Source: Flectonema sp. DT1601 (Eukaryota). From it: a stretch of 64,000 nucleotides of DNA. Both the position numbers and the translations under genes were made by a program. Location of the stretch: contig OZ025804.1 of the NCBI GenBank assembly GCA_964019425.1, positions 930,001 to 994,000 of the forward strand. Reading direction: 5' to 3'. Shown in pieces: positions 57,264 to 64,000 of this stretch. The notes under the pieces are model-generated. The model searched no databases, was not told the origin of the DNA, and saw nothing but the letters and a program-made list of their open reading frames with translations. The stretch's first letter is position 1, and every line of letters begins with the position of its first letter.

Positions 57264-58332
57264 TTCTTGTTATGTTCCTTCTCTTGAGAAATAAATGTGG
57301 AAATAAATTACAATTATACACAAGGACATCGACAATACGGGAGATTCATCTGAGAAAAACAAAATAAAAGGAGGTTTATAATTCACGTCAAGCTCGACCT
57401 TCAACTGGTGTCGTCATAATAATAGTTCACGTGTACTGATGAAAATAAAAATAACTATTTAAGCAACAGATACAAACCACAGCTTCGTTCTGTTAAGAGA
57501 GAAATGATAAAAACGGAACAACAAGTAAGTCTCTCTGAAATGTGAGAATACATTTGAAGTAATTTCAAATCGATCAGGTCAGGTCAGGTCAGGTTGAAAA
57601 CTGCTATCCATCCCCTTACTCACTACAGCTGACCTGCAAAGGAGAGAGGAACAAGAAAACCATTCAGATTAGCCTTATATTTCGTTGAACGCAGACAGAA
57701 TCCTGTCGTATGGGGAAAATTAATCATGAGCATAAGAAATAAACGGCTTTCAATCTGAATAGTTTCCTCTCCGACTATGTCAGTCGGTACAAAAAAAAAA
57801 AGAAAAAATAATAATAATAAATAATACAACAAAACTGGTACAGAGTATGATTGGCAATAGAGACAAGCAAATAAAAATAAAAAAAAACAACAAAACATAT
57901 TTTTTGGATAACAAGTAGCAAATGTGTGAGGGAAATACATTTCCTCAACTTACAGGATTTTATCCCAAGTTACCTTCGATCAAAATAGAAAAAGAAAAAA
58001 ATTGAAAGCAGTATTTTTCTTCAAATTCATAAGTTCTTAAAAACTCCCTCCTACAATACAATAAACTAGACAGTCGGAATGTGTGTTGCTATTTCCTTTG
58101 TTGTTTAGTAACTTTATAGCATTCGATTATCCACAAAATAATGCACAAAAAAAAAAACTACAATACAAAAAAAAAAAAAAAAAAACTATTCAAATGAAAA
58201 CTCATGTCTTGTTAATCACAGACTAGTATTACTGGCGCACGGGGAAATAGATCTGTGCAAAAAAAAGATTGTACAAATTTGTTGTATAATGAGAAAGGAC
58301 AAAGAAAGTAGTTTCCATTTTATCTTCCCGAA

Positions 58333-58403
<71 letters not shown>

Positions 58404-58652
58404 TTTTTTTTCTGCTACACCCTTCGGGTTTTCGATTCAGTAAGTTTCGGGAACGGCAGAGCAAAATTATTTTTGATCAGCTGAGTTCGATCTTTTCAAT
58501 TGCAGTATATTTGTTAATAATTAGTAAGCAACCAAAGGAATCAAGCTGTCCCCTCATCGGGGGCTAATACAGCAGAATATAGAACTCTAGTAGTATTCGG
58601 TGTGAAACAACACACGGCATTAGAGTAAAAAAAAAAAATATAAAAAAAAAAT

Positions 58653-59451
58653 GGGCAAACTAGCGTTTACTACACAAATAGTTTCAGAACGGGCGTTTAT
58701 TACAAAATCCAAAATGGCTGGGGGGGCCCGAAAAACCATATACGGGATGCATCGAGACCCCCAGCTGTATTTAAGAGCGGATGTGGTTCAGAGGTGGGAG
58801 CACTGACTTTGGATACCGGACGCCCAGGCTCAATCCCGACCAACGTCATTTTTTTTTCACCGGATTTTTTCACCCCAGAACGGGGTATTAAGCTGGGAAG
58901 AGTGCAAGCCCCCCCCCCAACCCCCCCCCAAGGGGGGGGAGCCCCTAATAAAAGCCAACCTCTCCCGTACAAAGTCCAACCTCAAAAAACAAATTTGCTA
59001 CTAATGGATATTAAGCTGGGGAAGAGTGCAAGGGGGGCTTGCGTTCCGCCAAGTTCTTGGCGGAACGCAAGCCCCCCCCCCAACCCCCCCCAAGGGGGGG
59101 GAGCCACTAATAAAAGCCAACCTCTCCCGTACAAAGTCTGCCTGTCCCGTACAAAGTCCAACCTCAAAAAACAAGTTTGCTACTAATGGATGTTAAGCTG
59201 GGGAAGAGTGCAAGGGGGCTTGCGTCCGCCAAGAACTTGGCGGGACGCAAGCCCCCCCCCCAACCCCCCCCAAGGGGGGGGAGCCACTAATAAAAGCCAA
59301 CCTCCCCCGTACAAAGTCCAACCTGAAAAAAAAATCCAGGAAAAAAAAAAATGCCCTCACCCAGGATCGAACTGGACGGTTTACAGCCATTTTGGATTTT
59401 GTAATGAATGGCCGTTCTGAAACTATTTGTGTAGGAAAGACCCCTTTACCC
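58653..59451. mobile_element. Non-autonomous TIR element (MULE-like MITE), 799 bp, ~70-bp TIRs, 9-bp TSD AAAAAAAAT
   Basis: Left gggcaaac...ctacacaaatagtttcagaacgg...caaaatccaaaatggctg (58653-58720) is the inverted complement of ~59383-59451. aaaaaaaat flanks both ends. Confidence 0.8.
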
Positions 59452-59995
59452 AAAAAAAATCAACAAAAGTATCGACACACCAGTTGCTGTATTATAGAAT
59501 CGTGGAAGAAAAAAAAAAATGTCAACAAAAATCAAATTAAATTAAATCAACCTGAAACGTGTTTTTTTTTTTTTTTAATTATTAGTTGGGCATTCAGAAA
59601 AGAAAGGAATATAAGAAATAAAAATAAATAAATAAGAATAACTTTATTATTGGTTTAATGAAAATCAGATTCCCCTGATTTTTAGTAGTGGGTGGGCTGT
59701 TACCGAGTGAGGTAAAGAAACGAAGTAAAAAAATTCCACCCACAAGTGAAAATCTGTATCTGATTTTGCATCAAAAAACCGTCGTTTTATTTTACGATAG
59801 GAGGCTTCGATGGGAAAATTTACACCCCGGCAGTCTACAGGCCTTCTCCAAGAATTCATCCTTGGCTGCTTCGGTGAACTCTCTTGACCATATGATGAGT
59901 CCCTGGCACGTTCCTAACCCAGGAGTGAATATCCTCCGTAAAAGAAGCCAACCAAAGGAGTAAAATAAAAGAATTAATTTAATAAACATTTCAAT

Positions 59996-61495
59996 TCACT
60001 CTTCATGAACTCTGTACACGGGAGGAATTCTTACTCGAGGTTCAGGACAACCGTCAGTGACATCAGGTATCTCAAAGACGTCTTCAACGCTGAAGTCTTC
60101 CGCAAAGTTTGGATCATCTTCGCGAACAGAAGCTCCCACTACTGGAGAGTGATAACTAGGAAAAGACGATGGAACGGTAACAGTTGGTCTGCCGACTGTA
60201 TTATAAATATTTGGTGATGGCGAAGGTGGTGATTGTGATCTCCGATCATGTTGCGGCGTCTGTTCCACAACAGATACAGTACTCTGTTCTGCTATTCTCG
60301 TTGTGGGAATTGATGCGATTCCTTGAGAAGTTGAATCTGCGTACAACTTTGGAAAACTATTCATATAGCTGCCATCATTCGAACTCTTTATTCTAACTTG
60401 AGTGATTTCGTTATGAATTGGAAGCGGTGAATCGATTTCCATCCTTCTGGCTTGTTCTAAAATTCTTAAAAACGATGGAACATTATCAACACTGTTCCTC
60501 TTATCAGAGAGTACCGTAAACAACCAATCATTACCTGCAGAGTCCTTAGTCGTTTGCCTCCTTGAGATTACGAGAATCTTACCAGTTTTTTTATTCCACT
60601 GGACACTCATAATGTCCTCAAGTTTGATGAAGTGGAGTACCTTGACACCTTTTAATTGGAGTAGGAATCGGGAGACGACCATAATGAGACGTTCTTTTCC
60701 TCCGAACATTTGACCTTCTTTACGAACCATCATCGCGCAGAAGACGGGTTTACTCGGATCTATCTTAAGTTTAAAGTCGGGATGTGGTAATATCGCTGTG
60801 AGTGGTTCATTATAACTACTCACCCCGCTGGGAGAACCGTTTTCAATAAGTGGGTGGGCAGACCTCGGCGACTGACTTGCGATTGTTGCAGTAGGCGATC
60901 CATAATAAGCGGCAACACCAGATGCTAATTCACTGACTTGACCATCTTCTGGGGGTTGCTTTATCATTGAAGATGGTGGTGGTGGAGTACTAACGACATT
61001 AACATTGTTTTCCTTTGCCGTATATACCTTTGAAAAACTACTCATGTCGTTTACGCTATTATTACTCTTGGCTCTAACTTTGGTGATTTCGTTTTGTATT
61101 GGAAGAGGTGAATTGATTTCCATCCTTCTGGCTTGTTCTAAAATTCTTAAAAACGATTGAACATTATCAACACTGTTCCTCTTATCAGAGAGTGCTGTAA
61201 ACAACCAATCATTACCTGCAGAGTCTTTGGTTGATTCTTTCTTTGATGCTATGAGAATCTTACCTGTTTTGGGATCCCATTGAACGTTTGTGATATCCTT
61301 AAGTTCGATATAGTGTAAAACTTTAACTCCACTCAACTGTACTAAAAGACCCGGCGTTATCATAATTAGACGTTCTTTTGCTCCAAAATTCTGTCCTTCC
61401 TTCTTAACCATCAACGTGCAGTAAATTGGTTTGCTTGGATCACTTTTTAACTTCAATCCCGGATGGGGTGATATTACGGGAGGGGGATGTGACAT
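59996..61495 (-). CDS. 499-aa hypothetical protein with two tandem ~140-aa PH-like repeats
   Basis: Internal duplication (VKKEGQ.FG.KERLIM...DSAGNDWLFT.LSDKRNSVDNV.SFLRILEQARRMEI). Confidence 0.8.
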   Translation of the reverse strand: MSHPPPVISPHPGLKLKSDPSKPIYCTLMVKKEGQNFGAKERLIMITPGLLVQLSGVKVLHYIELKDITNVQWDPKTGKILIASKKESTKDSAGNDWLFTALSDKRNSVDNVQSFLRILEQARRMEINSPLPIQNEITKVRAKSNNSVNDMSSFSKVYTAKENNVNVVSTPPPPSSMIKQPPEDGQVSELASGVAAYYGSPTATIASQSPRSAHPLIENGSPSGVSSYNEPLTAILPHPDFKLKIDPSKPVFCAMMVRKEGQMFGGKERLIMVVSRFLLQLKGVKVLHFIKLEDIMSVQWNKKTGKILVISRRQTTKDSAGNDWLFTVLSDKRNSVDNVPSFLRILEQARRMEIDSPLPIHNEITQVRIKSSNDGSYMNSFPKLYADSTSQGIASIPTTRIAEQSTVSVVEQTPQHDRRSQSPPSPSPNIYNTVGRPTVTVPSSFPSYHSPVVGASVREDDPNFAEDFSVEDVFEIPDVTDGCPEPRVRIPPVYRVHEE

Positions 61496-62112
61496 ATGTA
61501 ATGGGTCGGTGTATGTCTTTTTCTTCTTTTCTTAAACTGAAAAAAATCCTGGAGGAAAGAAATAATAATTTGTGTGACAACATTCGACTTCACTAATGAG
61601 AAACGAAGAAAAACAGTTACGACAGTAACACCTGTCAGGTTAGTTTACATCTCTTTTTCTCTCTCCCTCTCTCTCTCTCTAGGTCAGTGATATGTATTCG
61701 TTTTTAACCTCAAGCATTCTCAACCATTCTCCAAGAAGAATAACGTAGCTACAAAGTTTTTTTTTTTTTTTTTTTTTTGACTCGTTTTCTTTTCCCCCCC
61801 CCCACTTTGCCAGTAAATTGACAACAATAATAGTGAGGAGGAAAAAAAAAAAAAAAAAAAAAGTTACAAACCAGAAAGAAAAAAATAAATAATAACCCCC
61901 GATTAGATTAAGGGAACAAAAGAAATCGAAATACCAGCGTGTGTGACACTCCGACATTATTTTTTTCCCTCACAAGGAGTTCAGTTTTAATTAATAAAAA
62001 AAAAAAGGGAAAGAAAGAACGCCACATCGGAAAAAGACTTTTATGCGAAAAGAAAAAAACAGAAAAAAGAGGGGAGGTAACAAGGAACAACATTCTATCT
62101 CAGACAACCTTG

Positions 62113-62480
62113 ACTGTCAGTGGTAGCGTAGTAAATGACTGTGAACACAGTTGAGCGCCCACTTGCCTATGTTACCACAACAGTTTTATAAAAAAAAACC
62201 CAACGAGTATATATAAATTTAACTAAAAAAAAAAGAAAACGTCTTGAAAACATAACTATAGCCAACGAACACTAGAGAGGTAAATTGACGGTTATTAAAT
62301 GATACGAGATCTGCAATGAATGAAAGTACAAGATGGCGAAACACGTCATGAACATGTTATAACTTCGCGCATCTCACTACTAACAAAAAATAACAACCCG
62401 CAAAAAAAAAAAAAAAAAAGGAAAGGAAAGGAAAGGTGATAACCCGCATTTTACGGTCAACAGCCCATAAGTGGCAAAGT
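62113..62480. repeat. Structured dispersed element, copy B
   Basis: See copy A at 30140-30483. Confidence 0.8.
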
Positions 62481-63409
62481 ATCGCTACACTCCACTCCCC
62501 CCTCCGCTGTCACAAATGTAAATCAAAATACCCTCCTCGCTAGTCACTATAATTAAACTTCCCCTGGGGCGACGGGATTAGAATTTAAAAGAGGGAAAAG
62601 AAAGATTGTCTTCGATCATGCTGCTCCAAAATTAAAAAAAGGGGCGAGCAGAACAACTCTCATAATTGGGGGGAAAGATCACACACAGATATATTCATCG
62701 TGATTTTTGAGTCACTTTTAAAAAAAAAAAAATCTCACATTCTCTTCATAATGTTAAAGAGTTACAATGTAAGTGTTTTGTTATAAAATAGTACGCACTG
62801 AAATCAAAGATTTATAAAAAAGAAAAAAGAAGAACAAAAACTATATCCATGTTACATGTCATCCTTAGGCTTCTTGTCAGTAATTTTCTTTCACATCTAC
62901 TGCTCGAGCCGGTCGGTAACACAATTAACAGATACTAATAACAAATGGAAAGCTCGAGGGTTCCTAATTTTTTTTTTTTTTTTTTTTTTTTGTGCTGTTA
63001 TAAAACAAAAATTCCACGACTCTCTCCTCCGAGTTGCAATATGAGTTTATTATAAAAAAGTGCACTAAAATAAAATATAAAAAAGAAAATTTATAAAAAC
63101 ACATTGTTCTGCTGTTCCATAATACACTTGTGGAATACGTAGTTTCAGGAGCCTTAATCTTATACTACTTCACTCTCCTCCGAGTTGCTTATATTCGTTG
63201 AATGGGGCAGTCTTAACATCATATTAGAAAAAAGAGAGAAAAGAACTTATAATTATGGTACTTTTAAAAAAAAAAAAAAACACACATTACACCGACGTTT
63301 TTTTGTGTTCGTTTTTTTTTTTTTTTTTTTTTTGTTTGTCGAAAAATGCTTAAAGCAAAACAAAACAAAACAAGAATAGTTTTTATATTTAAAATAAGAA
63401 AAAAGAATA

Positions 63410-63710
63410 ATCCCTATGTGTCCATGCCAATACGATTGACGTAGAGCTGAGAGGGTAGGAGTCCACACAGAACGCCTTAACAAAGTAAATCCACAGCCTG
63501 CTGCAACACCACAACAAAGAAAAAGATTGAGATTTGCAATAGATCGTTTTTTTTTTTAATCCGTCAGCGAGCATCAATTGGTACACAAGTCCAACAGCAG
63601 GGCCCCACTACCACCGAGGAAACCCGATGTGAACTTGTACTCTGGATCCAACTACGAGCTTTTTAACAGCAGCAATATTTATATACGCTATTGATGCTGT
63701 AAATACCGTC
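63410..63710 (-). pseudogene. Degenerate 18S rRNA fragment (conserved block preceding V4, plus probable V4 remnants)
   Basis: Minus strand CAATAGCGTATATAAATATTGCTGCTGTTAAAAAGCTCGTAGTTGGAT (63645-63692). Weaker GCAGGC and GCATGG blocks follow. No full rDNA. Confidence 0.75.
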
Positions 63711-64000
63711 TTCATGATATTCAGGAAGAGAGTCCAGAGGAAAAAGAGGGTCGCAAAAAAAAAAAAAAAAAAAACAACAACAACGCAAGAAGAGAGCATT
63801 TTAAAGGAAAAGCGCGAGTGTGCTTTTTTTTTTTTTTTTTTTTTTTTCTGAAAAAAAACAACAGTTTTTGTCATAGAAAGACTTCCCCTCCCCCCCCCCT
63901 CTCTATATAAGGCAAGATCCAGTAATTGATTTGAATGACTTTCCTTCACAAATACTAAAGAAGTTGTTTTCACAATACAGGAACAGGAGAGAAATATATT

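Overview
AT-rich eukaryotic DNA. Every credible protein gene lies on the minus strand and the introns are short GT-AG. By inference this is a polycistronic-type gene cluster of a euglenozoan (diplonemid-like) protist. Ordinary genes: a PstS-type receptor with a degenerate cyclase domain, a SAP-like protein, a 6-exon cyclic nucleotide phosphodiesterase, FIS1-like, TMEM218-like, a tandem PH-like protein and tRNA-Ala(TGC). Top observation: a 5.7-kb non-LTR retrotransposon (APE-RT-RNase H-CCHC) in which ORF1 and ORF2 are in the same frame. They are separated only by a UGA in the UGA-CUAG readthrough context, followed by an ATG-free linker carrying a 2A (DVERNPGP) StopGo motif, suggesting double translational recoding. 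The element sits, with a 15-17 bp TSD, in a tandem array of tRNA-like Pol III units next to tRNA-Ala. From 31.9 to 55.8 kb is a duplicated ~10-kb cassette: a Ubl-LRR gene, a Crinkler-like NTPase/REase gene with hypervariable coding sequence and orphan C-terminal modules, and many copies of a 53-aa 8-Cys microprotein. A second, unrelated LINE interrupts one Ubl-LRR copy. Also present: a MULE-like MITE, a structured dispersed element, an 18S rRNA relic and a Dpy-30 relic. All family assignments are from motif recognition by eye; no searches were run.
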